Of a stretch of DNA of 32,000 nucleotides, positions 31,907 through 32,000 are shown in pieces. Position 1 is the first letter of the stretch; each line of letters begins with the position of its first letter. The notes under the pieces are model-generated. The model had not been told where the DNA came from. It worked only from the letters and a program-made list of their open reading frames with translations, and did no database searches. The stretch is from Synechococcus sp. A15-28 (GTDB taxonomy: Bacteria; Cyanobacteriota; Cyanobacteriia; PCC-6307; Cyanobiaceae). The DNA lies in the NCBI RefSeq assembly GCF_014280175.1, contig NZ_CP047931.1, positions 1,200,001 through 1,232,000 on the forward strand, written 5' to 3'. The translations under genes and the position numbers were made by a program.

Positions 31907-32000
31907 TCAACGCAGTGACCGGCCCTTCCAGGTCCATCCCTGCCCTGTGAGGGTGCGCCAGACGGAAACAGGCCCGATGGCACCGACGATCAATCCCCCA
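31907..32000 (-). CDS. possible 3' end of a minus-strand gene that continues beyond the window
   Basis: An open frame from the window edge reads ...GGLIVGAIGPVSVWRTLTGQGWTWKGRSLR-stop, with high GC3. Only 31 codons are visible. Confidence 0.2.
   Translation of the reverse strand, partial: GGLIVGAIGPVSVWRTLTGQGWTWKGRSLR

Noticed and set aside
1-32000. Search by eye for CRISPR arrays, tRNA/rRNA genes, IS elements, integrases, and phage or plasmid genes
   Set aside because: I found no repeat-spacer periodicity, no tRNA-like cloverleaf candidates, no transposase or integrase motifs, and no terminal inverted repeats flanking the lower-GC patches. Absence by eye is not proof; tRNAscan and ISfinder would settle it.

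Overview
The window looks like a chromosomal segment from a high-GC, marine Synechococcus-type picocyanobacterium. I infer this from the gene content (HLIP, OCP-CrtW-FRP, plant-type ferredoxin, DUF4278, DUF2811, a CP12-like peptide, an RRM protein) and from the G/C-ending codon bias. I saw no rRNA, tRNA, CRISPR array, transposase or integrase. Gene density is high, with many ATGA/TGATG overlaps between adjacent genes, and the GC-rich sequence produces many long antisense shadow ORFs, which I rejected.

Recognisable genes, in order:
- The 3' part of an Lhr-type DEXH helicase.
- A tight operon of a cNMP-binding/methylglyoxal-synthase fusion, ChrA and DUF1543.
- A J-domain protein and a DUF427 protein.
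- A hypothetical-hli-methyltransferase operon.
- A hypothetical-NUDIX-orphan ABC ATPase operon.
- An NAD(P)-binding protein and mntB.
- A plus-strand acyltransferase-NfeD-flotillin-flotillin block.
- mntA and mntC.
- nth, petF and a uridine-kinase-like gene.
- DUF4278, DUF2811 and a DCC1-like protein.
- An SDR and a DUF559 nuclease.
- rbp, then the photoprotection cluster ocp-crtW-frp.

Most notable observations:
1. Two adjacent flotillin paralogs each carry one in-frame stop codon (TAA at 15622, TAG at 17094).
2. This membrane-microdomain block lies on the opposite strand between mntA and mntB, splitting a Mn ABC transporter gene set.
3. A cyclic-nucleotide-binding domain that lacks the usual phosphate-binding Arg is fused to an apparently catalytically intact methylglyoxal synthase, and the fusion gene overlaps chrA.
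4. Several coding-looking ORFs fall below the 60-aa track cutoff. They include a 59-aa ORF with a CP12 C-terminal motif and a minus-strand chain of mini-ORFs ending in a DUF559 nuclease.

All family assignments come from motif recognition by eye. No database search was run.
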